Of a stretch of DNA of 27,975 nt, positions 8,308 to 17,085 are shown piece after piece. The notes beneath the pieces are model-generated. The model made no database searches, was not told the DNA's origin, and saw only the letters and a program-made list of their open reading frames with translations. Source of the DNA: Terrimicrobiaceae bacterium (GTDB taxonomy: Bacteria; Verrucomicrobiota; Verrucomicrobiia; Chthoniobacterales; Terrimicrobiaceae); the NCBI GenBank assembly GCA_041752695.1, contig JBGSVZ010000074.1, forward strand, positions 1 through 27,975, written 5' to 3'. Position 1 is the stretch's first letter. The number at the start of each line of letters is the position of its first letter. The translations under genes were made by a program, and so were the position numbers.

Positions 8308-11300
8308 ATGCGAATTCCTCTTCTCACTCTGATCGTCACCGCGGTGCCGCTGCTCGCGGGTTCGCCGGAGTATTACCAACACCCCACGTGGAAACCCCGC
8401 GCCATTCTGCCAACGGAGGATGCGGTCCGAGGGGACTTCTGGCCGGCTTCGCCAAAAGCGGACGTGAACTCTGACGATCCACATTTCGCCAAAGCCAAAC
8501 TTTCGCCAGCACCCGCTCCGGGTATTTATCCGCGCGTTCTGGTCACGCCGACCGATGTCGAAACCATTCGGGCCAAGGTGGCGCTGGGCGAAAAAGCCCC
8601 TGGGACGTTCCGGGCACTTTGGGAGCGTACGAAACTAAATCGCACCGCATTTTATGCGCTCGTGGCGCAGGACAACGAACTCGGCAAATCCCTTGCCGCC
8701 GCGCTCGTCGCAAAGGTGCGGGCGCTGGAGCCGAAGCTCGACAAGCTGGACGCGCGTCCGGATCGCGACAATCTTTGGGCGGTGGAACGCTCGATCGTTG
8801 CGTCCGGAGATCCTGATCCTCCGAGTGAAATCTGGGCGCTCCTCGACTACGACTATTTGCATGGCTGGATGACGCCGGAAGAGCGGAAGGAAACCGAGCA
8901 GGTCATTGCGAGGCTCACCAAAGGACGCATCTCCAATTTCATCGCGTACCCGGACCATTTCCTCATCAATAACCATCAAGGCTTTGGCATGGAGTTTCTG
9001 CGTTTGCTCATGCTCATTGAGGGGCACAAAGATTTTGATGCCAAGGTCTATCAGGCCGCCGCCAAAAAAGCCCGGGCCATGCTTGACTGGTATTTGAGCC
9101 AGGACGGCATGTGTTACGAGTCGATCAAGGGATGGCTGAACATCTCGGTTTATACCGCACTTGCCCGGCGGGATCCGGATTTTCTGAAACACTCGAACCT
9201 GCGCGCCAAGATGCGGTTTTTTCAGCATGCGCTTCATTGGGAGGACGGACGGTGGCAGATCCGCGAGGAAATGCGGGCCTCGGCGTTTCATGTCATTTGG
9301 ATGATGCGGTATTTCCATCCCGAGGATCCGCTCCTCGACTGGCTGTACAGCGCAACGTTCACCACCCATGAGTTCCTCACGGATGCCAAAGCGAAATGGC
9401 CCGATCCGGTTGGCATCACTCCGGAATTGCTCCTTCTTTTTGCCGAGGACGGCCAGCGCGACCAAGCCGGACAGCCGCTTGATTGGACCGACCAGGCCCG
9501 CATCAACGCGCAAAAGCTTCCGCTCACCTGGAAAGATGACCAGAGAGGTTACGTGATCACGCGGAATTCCTGGGACAAGGACGACCTTCAACTGGGTTTC
9601 ACCTGTAAGCAGGATTTTTACTACGGCGGTCATGAAGGCTCGGAGAATAACCGCATCGTTTTGTGGGCGGACGGAGTGAACTGGATCCGCGACTCCAACA
9701 TGCTGGCGGTCAAGGCCACGTTCCTCCAGAACATGCTGACCATTGACGGCAAGGGCCTCGATTGGCCGCCCGCGCCTGGCGTTTGGCTCGGAGTCGAAGA
9801 AGCTCCCGGCGGACTGCTGGCGGCGGGCGATGGAAAAAACGGCTACGATTTCAGCAAAGTCATGCAGGTGCATCCGCTGGATTTTCCTTCGGCCCAGTTG
9901 CCCTATTACAAACCCTTCGCGGAGGGCAGCTATGACCTCACTCGTGACCACCAGATTGCCTTCCATCCCGGCACGGTGAAATGGAACGATGGTTACGCGC
10001 ACACCGACTACGGTCCCTGGAGCGGCGAGACGCGGGTGGTCGAAAGTTACAAAGTCCACAACCCTGTCGAACAAGCCTATCGCACGGTTTACCTTGCCCG
10101 CGGTTCGCATCCTTATGTTCTGGTGCTGGACGATGCGCGCAAGGACGCCAATCCCCACCATTATGAATGGAATGCCACCATCCCGGAAGGCATCGATCTG
10201 CTCGATAGCAAAACCGCGGAGATTCTTTTTCAGTCCGTCCCGCCCGGGGCCAACCGCGAGAGCGACCTTTTGCTGGGCCGCGCGGAAACACCGCGCGACG
10301 CCACGACCGGCCGCGCCAGCATTCAAAAAGACGACCCGCTTTTGTTGATCCGCACGCTCTGGCGGAATTCTCCCTATGGGTTTCCCGTGCCGCGTTACGA
10401 AAAGATGCACGTCGAGCCGCAGGCGCCTTATGCCGGACTCGGCCATGTCACGATCCCCGCCGTCTCGGACTCGCCGGAGTTTCGCGTCCTGCTCTACCCG
10501 CACCGTCACGGCGATCCCCTGCCGGTGACGTCGTGGAACGAGGACCGCACGGAACTCACTATTCGCATCGGCGGGGCGACGGATGTTTATCGTTTCGGAA
10601 AAACCGACGGAGGTCGCACGGTCTTTTCGGTGGAACGCAACGGTCAGCCTGTCCTGCGCAGCGAAGCCGCTCCGGCACGACCGATCCTTGAAGTGCGCGG
10701 CGCGACCTTCGACGCCAGCGCCCAACGCACTACACGCAAGGACGGCGAGGTGCCGAACTATCCCTTCGACGCCGAGATCGCAGTGAAACTCCTCCGTCCT
10801 TCCGCGCCGGCGTTTTTGGTTTACACCCTCGACGGCAGTGAACCGACCGCAGACTCCCGGCGCTACGAAGCTCCGCTCCGTCTGGAAAACTCTGCGCAGT
10901 TGAAGGCCCGTATCATTGACCCCGCCTGGACCGCCGGCCCGAAGGAAGGCGGGGTCCTGACCGCCGACTTCACCAAGGTCGCTGCCGCGGCCGGACTTGC
11001 TGCCCCGCCCGCGGGTTCCCAGTCCGGCCTGCTCGCCCGGGTGTATGAAAAGCAAACCGTCCTATGGAACGACGGGGGCTTTTTCACCGCGGACAAAATC
11101 ATGCTGCCCGATCTCGATCAGGAAAAACCCGTCACCACTACGGCTGTGCCCGATTTTGTGCTGCCCTACGTCAATCCCACCCGACCCGTTTCCGAGCAGG
11201 CTAAGGGATTCTATCGTTTCACGGGCTGGTTTCGCGCCCCGGCTCGCGGGGTTTACGAATTTGCGGTGGATTCCTGCGGTCCCGTGCGCCTGATGATCGC

Positions 11301-12954
11301 CGGCCAAATTCCGATCGCCTCCACCGGCGTCTTTCATCAACAACAGACCGTTCGACGAGGCGATTCCGTGCTCGACGCGGGCTGGCATGAGATCGACTTG
11401 ATCATCTGCGACCCCCTGCTCTGGAACATCACCAGCGCAGACGAGATGCCCTTCTCGGTCACGGTGCGGCACAACGGAGGTGAGGCCAAAGGTGTCGCGA
11501 CTGACGACTTGCGCTGGAAAGCCGATGGCATCCCGCTCGCGAGCCCGCCGGCCATGGCCTGGTTGAAACCCGGCACCCCGCCCGCGTGGCTGGAACCCGG
11601 CGCGGATCTCGCGACCTACGAACGCGAAAACAAGATGCGCGACCCCGACTATCTCGACATCGACGGTCAGCCCGCCCTCCGCACCGAACGCACGGATCGC
11701 TTCGAAAGCAACCTTCGCCCGGCGCTCGTTCGTGTTTATGACGGTTGGTTCCATGCCCCCGCCGACGGGGTGTACACCTTCGACCTCGCCGCCCGCAAAG
11801 CCGGACGCGATAATCTCTCGGACCTGCGCGGGTCGTTTCAAAACCAACTGCGGATTGGTGAGGAAATTGTCGTGCAGCGGGGGGTGGCCGGTCGGCGCCC
11901 GACCGGTCAGATTGGCCTTGCCAAGGGGTGGTATCCCTTTTCCCTGCGTCTCGGCGCGAGCGCAGCCCAAGGAACGGTGACTTATCCCGACGGACAAACC
12001 TTGCCGCTTTCCGCCGCCGAATTGCGCCGTCCGGTCCGGGTTTCTCTCCGTCCATCCTCCGAAGAATCCGAAGCCTCCCGCTACGAGATCTATGGTCCAA
12101 CCAAAATCACGATGAACCTCCCGACGGACCACAAGGGCGTGATCCGCTACACTCTTGATGGCAGCAAGCCGACAGGAACTTCGCCGGAGTTCCGCACCGA
12201 CCTGACGCTTTCCCAGTCGGCCACCGTCACGGCGGCGGCGTTCCTCCCCGACGGATCTTCCACCGCCCTGCACGCAGCAGATTTCCGGCTGGTCACTGTC
12301 CCGGAAGCAGGCTTGATCGGATCGGTCCGCTTTGACAACTGGGACGGTCAGACCGGAGCCACTCCGTTGGACAGCCAATCCACCGTCTGGATCTCGCCCG
12401 GCTCAAAACGGGAGAACGACGGTTCTCTCCCCGCGCTCTCGGTCCACCGCGATAAGCCGCCGGCCGAACGCGCCGCTGGCGTGGATGTCAATGTCGCCCG
12501 CGCTCCGGTCACGGCGGGCCTCAAGCTTTCCGGCCTCAAGATGCGGACCAATGCCATCACCGTTGGGCTGTGGTTCAAGAGCGATAGCGCGGACGGTAAA
12601 CTTTTCGGCAAGGACGGCTACAGCGCGTTCGGAAAATCCTACCGCACCGTTTCCTGCGCCCTCAACAAAGGCCGGCTTCAAGCCAATCCGGGCCGGATTT
12701 CCGGAGGCGAGGTGAAGCCCGGGCAATGGACCCACATCGTGCTCGCAGCCGACGGCGAACGTTCCCAGCTCTACCTGAACGGCCAACCCGTCGCCAGCGG
12801 TGAAGGCAGCGCCGCGCTTGTGACTGATGCGCTGGATTTTCTCTCCGGCCACCCCGCCTCGATTGCGGAGATCCGGATCTACGAACGGGTGCTTTCCGAT
12901 CAGGATGTCGCCCAATGGCATCAAGCCTCCATGCCCCCTCGCAAACAGCCATGA
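8308..12954 (+). CDS. 1548-aa multimodular secreted protein: heparinase II/III-like catalytic region, two FN3-associated/CHB_HEX_C modules, two PA14-like domains and a LamG domain
   Basis: ATG 8308 lies 4 nt after the upstream stop and gives signal peptide MRIPLLTLIVTAVPLLA. PGIYPRVLV, NNHQG, NMLTIDG and HPYVLVLDDA align with 2750-5473. YTLDGSEPT and YTLDGSKPT; FTGWFRAPARGVYEF and YDGWFHAPADGVYTF; GQWTHIV...LYLNG...EIRIYERVLS. Confidence 0.8.
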   Translation: MRIPLLTLIVTAVPLLAGSPEYYQHPTWKPRAILPTEDAVRGDFWPASPKADVNSDDPHFAKAKLSPAPAPGIYPRVLVTPTDVETIRAKVALGEKAPGTFRALWERTKLNRTAFYALVAQDNELGKSLAAALVAKVRALEPKLDKLDARPDRDNLWAVERSIVASGDPDPPSEIWALLDYDYLHGWMTPEERKETEQVIARLTKGRISNFIAYPDHFLINNHQGFGMEFLRLLMLIEGHKDFDAKVYQAAAKKARAMLDWYLSQDGMCYESIKGWLNISVYTALARRDPDFLKHSNLRAKMRFFQHALHWEDGRWQIREEMRASAFHVIWMMRYFHPEDPLLDWLYSATFTTHEFLTDAKAKWPDPVGITPELLLLFAEDGQRDQAGQPLDWTDQARINAQKLPLTWKDDQRGYVITRNSWDKDDLQLGFTCKQDFYYGGHEGSENNRIVLWADGVNWIRDSNMLAVKATFLQNMLTIDGKGLDWPPAPGVWLGVEEAPGGLLAAGDGKNGYDFSKVMQVHPLDFPSAQLPYYKPFAEGSYDLTRDHQIAFHPGTVKWNDGYAHTDYGPWSGETRVVESYKVHNPVEQAYRTVYLARGSHPYVLVLDDARKDANPHHYEWNATIPEGIDLLDSKTAEILFQSVPPGANRESDLLLGRAETPRDATTGRASIQKDDPLLLIRTLWRNSPYGFPVPRYEKMHVEPQAPYAGLGHVTIPAVSDSPEFRVLLYPHRHGDPLPVTSWNEDRTELTIRIGGATDVYRFGKTDGGRTVFSVERNGQPVLRSEAAPARPILEVRGATFDASAQRTTRKDGEVPNYPFDAEIAVKLLRPSAPAFLVYTLDGSEPTADSRRYEAPLRLENSAQLKARIIDPAWTAGPKEGGVLTADFTKVAAAAGLAAPPAGSQSGLLARVYEKQTVLWNDGGFFTADKIMLPDLDQEKPVTTTAVPDFVLPYVNPTRPVSEQAKGFYRFTGWFRAPARGVYEFAVDSCGPVRLMIAGQIPIASTGVFHQQQTVRRGDSVLDAGWHEIDLIICDPLLWNITSADEMPFSVTVRHNGGEAKGVATDDLRWKADGIPLASPPAMAWLKPGTPPAWLEPGADLATYERENKMRDPDYLDIDGQPALRTERTDRFESNLRPALVRVYDGWFHAPADGVYTFDLAARKAGRDNLSDLRGSFQNQLRIGEEIVVQRGVAGRRPTGQIGLAKGWYPFSLRLGASAAQGTVTYPDGQTLPLSAAELRRPVRVSLRPSSEESEASRYEIYGPTKITMNLPTDHKGVIRYTLDGSKPTGTSPEFRTDLTLSQSATVTAAAFLPDGSSTALHAADFRLVTVPEAGLIGSVRFDNWDGQTGATPLDSQSTVWISPGSKRENDGSLPALSVHRDKPPAERAAGVDVNVARAPVTAGLKLSGLKMRTNAITVGLWFKSDSADGKLFGKDGYSAFGKSYRTVSCALNKGRLQANPGRISGGEVKPGQWTHIVLAADGERSQLYLNGQPVASGEGSAALVTDALDFLSGHPASIAEIRIYERVLSDQDVAQWHQASMPPRKQP

Positions 12955-13061
12955 AGGTCCACCATCTCACCCTCGCTCTTGCCGCCGCGATACCGCCTTT
13001 CATCAACTCCGGCACTCTCGGCCAGTCCACCACCTTCACTAATACACCCACCAATCCATGA
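12951..13061 (+). pseudogene. 36-aa signal-peptide-like mini-ORF, probable collapsed gene remnant
   Basis: MKVHHLTLALAAAIPPFINSGTLGQSTTFTNTPTNP*. ATGA overlap with the upstream stop (12951-12954) and with the next ATG (13058-13061). Below the ORF-track length cutoff. Confidence 0.55.
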
Positions 13062-13159
13062 ACAAATCACTTTTCGACATCGGGTCAGCGCTTGGTCTCT
13101 GCCTCCTCTCCCCTCACACGTTCGCGCAGGCCCCCACTTTGGCACCGAGCTCTAAAAAT
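13058..13159 (+). pseudogene. Orphan signal-peptide segment fused in frame to the downstream esterase (probable deleted-gene remnant)
   Basis: MNKSLFDIGSALGLCLLSPHTFA|QAP is a complete signal-like peptide, followed by a second complete one (MKNLLKYLL..., ATG 13160). An out-of-frame TAA at 13153-13155 sits 4 nt before that ATG. Confidence 0.45.
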
Positions 13160-14683
13160 ATGAAAAACCTCCTCAAGTATCTCCTCTGCGCTGGCTTGAT
13201 TCAACTGGCCTCGGCTGCGGAGTTCGCGCCCGTGTTCACCTCCGGCGCGGTCTTGCAACGCGAAATGCCCGTGACGTTATGGGGCAAAGGCCGCGAAGGG
13301 GAAAAGGTCATGGTCGAGTTTCTCGGACAAAGTGTTTCGACTACTGTGAAGGAAGGCCGTTGGCAGGTGGAGTTGGCCGCGATGCCCGCGAATCCCGGTG
13401 CGCCCTTGATTTTGCGGGGGGACAAAGAGGTCACACTGACCGATGTCGCGGTCGGCGAAGTGTGGATTGGTGGAGGACAGTCAAACATGGAGTATCGCTT
13501 GAACCAATGTTCACCGTATTCCGATGCGGTGCTGGCGGGGGCCGATCAGCCAGGGGTACGCCAGCTCAAGATTCCGCACCGTCCTTATGCGGGCGATCCT
13601 TTTACGCCTTTTGAGTGGAAGCGTTTTGACAAGGCCTCGTCTCCGTTCTTTAGCGCCGTGGCTTATTATTTCGCGGCCCAACTTCACCAAAAGCTCGGGG
13701 TGCCCGTCGGCATCGTGAATTGCAGTTTCGGTGGGGTGCCCATTGAGTCCTGGATGAGCCGGGAGGCCATCACGCTGGCCGGACTGAAAGCCACACTCGA
13801 GACGCACGATCAAAAAATGGCGAGCTTCCCCACGGCGGAAGCCTACGAAGCGGCGGTGAAAGAATTTCAAACGGCACAAAAAGCCCGGGATGAACGCAAG
13901 AAAGCGGGCACGCCGGAGGCTGAGCTGGGGCCGCAACCGCAGGAACCCTATGGTTACCGTTACAAGCGAAGGCCCACCGGACTCTATGATTCCATGCTGC
14001 GCGAGATCATTCCCTACACCGCGCGAGGGGTGCTTTGGTATCAGGGCGAAAACAATTCCGACAAGCCTGCTGAATATGCCGCCTTGCTTCCGCAATTGAT
14101 CGCCGCGTGGCGCAAGGATTGGGGGCGTCCTGACTGGCCGTTTTTCATTGCCCAGATTTCTTCGTCCAACAGCAAGCAGCCGGAGATCGAAGGCTGGGCC
14201 ACGTTCCGCGAGGCGCAACGGGTCGTGGCGACGACCACGCCCCACGCCGGTTGGGTTGTGACGCTGGATTATGGGGAACTCGGTCAAGTACATCCGACTC
14301 AAAAACAGCCGGTCGGGGAACGTTACGCGCGCCTCGCTCTGGCCCGGGTTTACGGAAAAGAAGTCGGCACCGTGCAAAGTCCTTGCGCTGTGAAAGCGAC
14401 CTTTGCCAAGGGTCTCCTCACCATCACGTTTGACGAAATGCATTCCGCTTTGGAAATCAGCGATCCCGCGTTGCCCACTTTGGAAATCGAAACCGCCACG
14501 GGCACTTGGGAGGCGGTCACCGGAAAACTAGGAGCGGATGGGCGCACGTTGGAGATCTCCGTTCCCGTCGCAGCAGGCTCTCCGAAGGCCGTGCGTTATG
14601 CGTGGCGGCAGTTCTGCGCTTTGTCGCTTTACACTGCCGATGGCCTGCCGATCACTCCATGGAAATTGACGGTCACTCCGTAA
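13160..14683 (+). CDS. Sialate O-acetylesterase-like (SASA/SGNH, CE20-like) carbohydrate esterase
   Basis: Signal peptide MKNLLKYLLCAGLIQLASA; FTSGAVLQRE, VGEVWIGGGQSNM, FSAVAYYF, GGVPIESW, WYQGENN, FREAQ, VHP, VRYAW. The upstream in-frame ATG at 13058 is an alternative start. Confidence 0.9.
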   Translation: MKNLLKYLLCAGLIQLASAAEFAPVFTSGAVLQREMPVTLWGKGREGEKVMVEFLGQSVSTTVKEGRWQVELAAMPANPGAPLILRGDKEVTLTDVAVGEVWIGGGQSNMEYRLNQCSPYSDAVLAGADQPGVRQLKIPHRPYAGDPFTPFEWKRFDKASSPFFSAVAYYFAAQLHQKLGVPVGIVNCSFGGVPIESWMSREAITLAGLKATLETHDQKMASFPTAEAYEAAVKEFQTAQKARDERKKAGTPEAELGPQPQEPYGYRYKRRPTGLYDSMLREIIPYTARGVLWYQGENNSDKPAEYAALLPQLIAAWRKDWGRPDWPFFIAQISSSNSKQPEIEGWATFREAQRVVATTTPHAGWVVTLDYGELGQVHPTQKQPVGERYARLALARVYGKEVGTVQSPCAVKATFAKGLLTITFDEMHSALEISDPALPTLEIETATGTWEAVTGKLGADGRTLEISVPVAAGSPKAVRYAWRQFCALSLYTADGLPITPWKLTVTP

Positions 14684-14863
14684 TCTTTTCTCATGATCAC
14701 ATCCGAGAAAGCGCAGCACGGTCCTCCCGGATCGGCAATCAACCGATCCAAGCAGAACTGCAACCCAATGGCACCCAGTCAGATGATTCAACGATTCACG
14801 AAATCAACCATTTTAGGTGATCAGCCGCGATCCGGTATTCGAAAAATACGGGCTGAGGCGAGT

Positions 14864-16513
14864 GTGGTAGGACGGCCTGCCAGGTGGCTGTGGACCGGTC
14901 TCCTGTTCGCCGTGTATCTGAGTATGTCGGCCATTGCAGCCGAGCGCACGCCTGAGAATCAAATCTTCCAGTTCTCCCAGAGCGGCGAAATTGTTTACAA
15001 TGAAGGGAAGGGCACAAAAAAATCGACCCTGTATTTATGGATTCCTGAGGAATGCCAAAGGGTTCGCGGGCTGGTCATTATGGGAACCAATGTGCCCGAA
15101 CACATGCTTGTTGGCCACGAATCCATCCGGAGGGCGTGTTCGGAAAATAATCTGGCCCTGATCTGGGCCGTGCCGACCTTCTGGCATTTTGCCAAGGAAA
15201 TGAAAGGGCGCGAAGCCGAGCAGGTCGCGTTTTTTCAGACTCTGATAAACGGATTAGCCTCGAAATCCGGCTACGACGAAATCGCAACAGTTCCCTGGCT
15301 TCCGGTGGGCGAGTCCGGGCACCTCCTAATGGTTTGCGGTCTGATTGATCAAAGACCGGAACACTGCATCGCGGGGATCTGCGTGAAAAACCCACACTAT
15401 CCGCAGGATCGCACCGTGCCGCTCCTTTGGACCCTCGGCACCGCCCAGGAATGGGGTCAGAAGGATAAAGACATTCGCAAAGATTGGAATGTACCGACCG
15501 ACGGGTATCTGGGCTGGGTCCAAGGCCGCGCCCAAACCGGCTGGCCCCTTAGCATCCTCATCGAACCCGCCACCGGCCACTTCTTCTGCACCGACGCGAT
15601 GGCCGAATATTTTGGCCAATACATCACCGCCGCGGTCAAAGTCCGCCTCGCCGACGACGGCAGCCTCAAACCGGTGGACCTGAACACCGGTTTCCTCGCC
15701 CACCTGCCCCTGCCCGGCATCGATGACCCCGCCATCATTCCCTATGCGGACGCCTCACCGGAACAGCGGAAACGGCCCTGGTTTTTCACCAAGGAACTCG
15801 CCCGCGCCGCCCAGGTCATTGCCACCACCAACTGGCAGGCCGAAACCCAACTGGTCGGTTTCACCGCCGGAGCGAACGGCGAAGCCAAACCCTTCAGCTT
15901 TAACTCCGTCACCGAAATCACCGTCACGACCGACGGGGAGTTCGAGGTGAAGGGCACACTCCTCGACGCAATCCCGGAAGGCTTTATCGGCGCAGGGGAA
16001 AAGTTGTCCACCACGCCCGGACAGCCTGTCGTGGAGTGGATTTGTGGACCTTTTGCGCCAACCGCGGACGGCAAGTTCCGTGTCGCACTCGACCGCACTT
16101 GGAAGACCGGCGCGGCCAGTTACCTCATAGGCCGCCAGGACGGCACCGCGACCGTCCGCCCTTCTGTCCAGCCCGCTGCCGTCAAGTTGCTGGAAAACAA
16201 GGAAGGCGCCGTCCAAAAAATCACCTTCGACCCGGTTGGTCCGCTTCGGCCGGACTCCGCCCCGGTCACCCTCTCCGCCACCTCCGACGCAGGGCTCCCG
16301 GTGGAGTTTGTCGTGCTCTCGGGTCCGGCGATCATTCAGAACGGCCAACTCGTCCTTACGCCGATCCCGCCGAAGGCGAGGTTTCCGGTGGAAGTTACCG
16401 TGGCCGCCTGGCAATGGGGCCGGGCTTCGGAGCCGAAGATTCGCACCGCGGACATGGTCCGGCAAACTGTGAGTATTGCACAGCCTGGGGCAGTTTCGCC
16501 TTCGGCTCGCTAA
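14864..16513 (+). CDS. Secreted hypothetical protein: alpha/beta-hydrolase-like domain plus Ig-like C-terminus (paralog of 5470-7317)
   Basis: ORF is open from 14693. GTG at 14864 follows GAGG by 5 nt and gives a normal signal peptide (start uncertain; alternatives 14693, 14768, 14783). ENQIFQF, LYLWIPE...VRGLVI, PWLPVGESGHL (GxSxG-like), EPATGHF and QKITFDP...SDAGLPVEF..LSGPA. Confidence 0.75.
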   Translation: MVGRPARWLWTGLLFAVYLSMSAIAAERTPENQIFQFSQSGEIVYNEGKGTKKSTLYLWIPEECQRVRGLVIMGTNVPEHMLVGHESIRRACSENNLALIWAVPTFWHFAKEMKGREAEQVAFFQTLINGLASKSGYDEIATVPWLPVGESGHLLMVCGLIDQRPEHCIAGICVKNPHYPQDRTVPLLWTLGTAQEWGQKDKDIRKDWNVPTDGYLGWVQGRAQTGWPLSILIEPATGHFFCTDAMAEYFGQYITAAVKVRLADDGSLKPVDLNTGFLAHLPLPGIDDPAIIPYADASPEQRKRPWFFTKELARAAQVIATTNWQAETQLVGFTAGANGEAKPFSFNSVTEITVTTDGEFEVKGTLLDAIPEGFIGAGEKLSTTPGQPVVEWICGPFAPTADGKFRVALDRTWKTGAASYLIGRQDGTATVRPSVQPAAVKLLENKEGAVQKITFDPVGPLRPDSAPVTLSATSDAGLPVEFVVLSGPAIIQNGQLVLTPIPPKARFPVEVTVAAWQWGRASEPKIRTADMVRQTVSIAQPGAVSPSAR

Positions 16514-16542
16514 CCCGAAAATCAGCAGCGGATTTTTACAAT

Positions 16543-16583
16543 GCCGAAGCACAGCGGAGACAGCCCGAAGGGCAAGCGAAGCG
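16543..16583. repeat. REP-like hairpin element, partial inverted copy of 18343-18402
   Basis: cagcccgaagggcaagcgaagcg (16561-16583) versus cagccctgcaagggtgagcaaagcg from the reverse complement of 18343-18402; contains the hairpin gccc-gaa-gggc. Lies just after the + operon stop. Confidence 0.55.
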
Positions 16584-16610
16584 CGGCCACGAAACAGAGG
16601 TCGCGGAGGA

Positions 16611-16928
16611 TTAGGGGACTTTCGAAGGATTCGTTCTTTCAATTGGGGCGAGACTCAAGGTCGGCGGTCGTCCGACTTCGGACGCTTTGCTCACTTTGGC
16701 CAGCGCACCAATGAGCTGTGTCATTCGGGCATTGAAGATCCCGTCGGTTTTCGGGTCGCCGCCATGTTCGCGCATGATGTCATCCGGGACTTGAATAACC
16801 CAGTAAGTGTATCCCAACCGGGAGAGATGAAGAATGGCTGGAATTTTGAATCTGGAGTCTTCGTTAAATTTCATGAACCGGGCTTCGCAGGCATCGAGCA
16901 CGGCGCAGGCCAGATCTTCAACGGTCAT
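16611..16928 (-). pseudogene. hsdR: Chimeric 105-aa ORF containing an N-terminal fragment of a type I restriction enzyme R subunit
   Basis: Residues 19-42, MKFNEDSRFKIPAILHLSRLGYTY (16874-16803), match from memory the N-terminus of a widespread HsdR subfamily (KFNEDSRVKIP.ILHL.RLGY.Y). The flanking residues are unrelated and the ORF is far too short for HsdR. Confidence 0.55.
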
Positions 16929-17085
16929 GATTGGCGGACCGGTCGGGTGTTGAGGATTCCCTACCGGTCAGGATATCCCTGCTACGAGCCAACTCAAGCT
17001 TCGAGAACCTGAAAGCCGGTCACCTCCATGCGGATGACAGGGAAGGGTGCTCCGGGAAAATCGCTGCCTCGGCGACCACGGGAAC

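Noticed and set aside
8635..11055. 806-aa antisense ORF (also 11062-12378, 18630-20573, 20943-22283 and 22427-23725)
   Set aside because: These are antisense shadows of well-supported genes, expected from GC-rich codon bias; no recognisable motifs.
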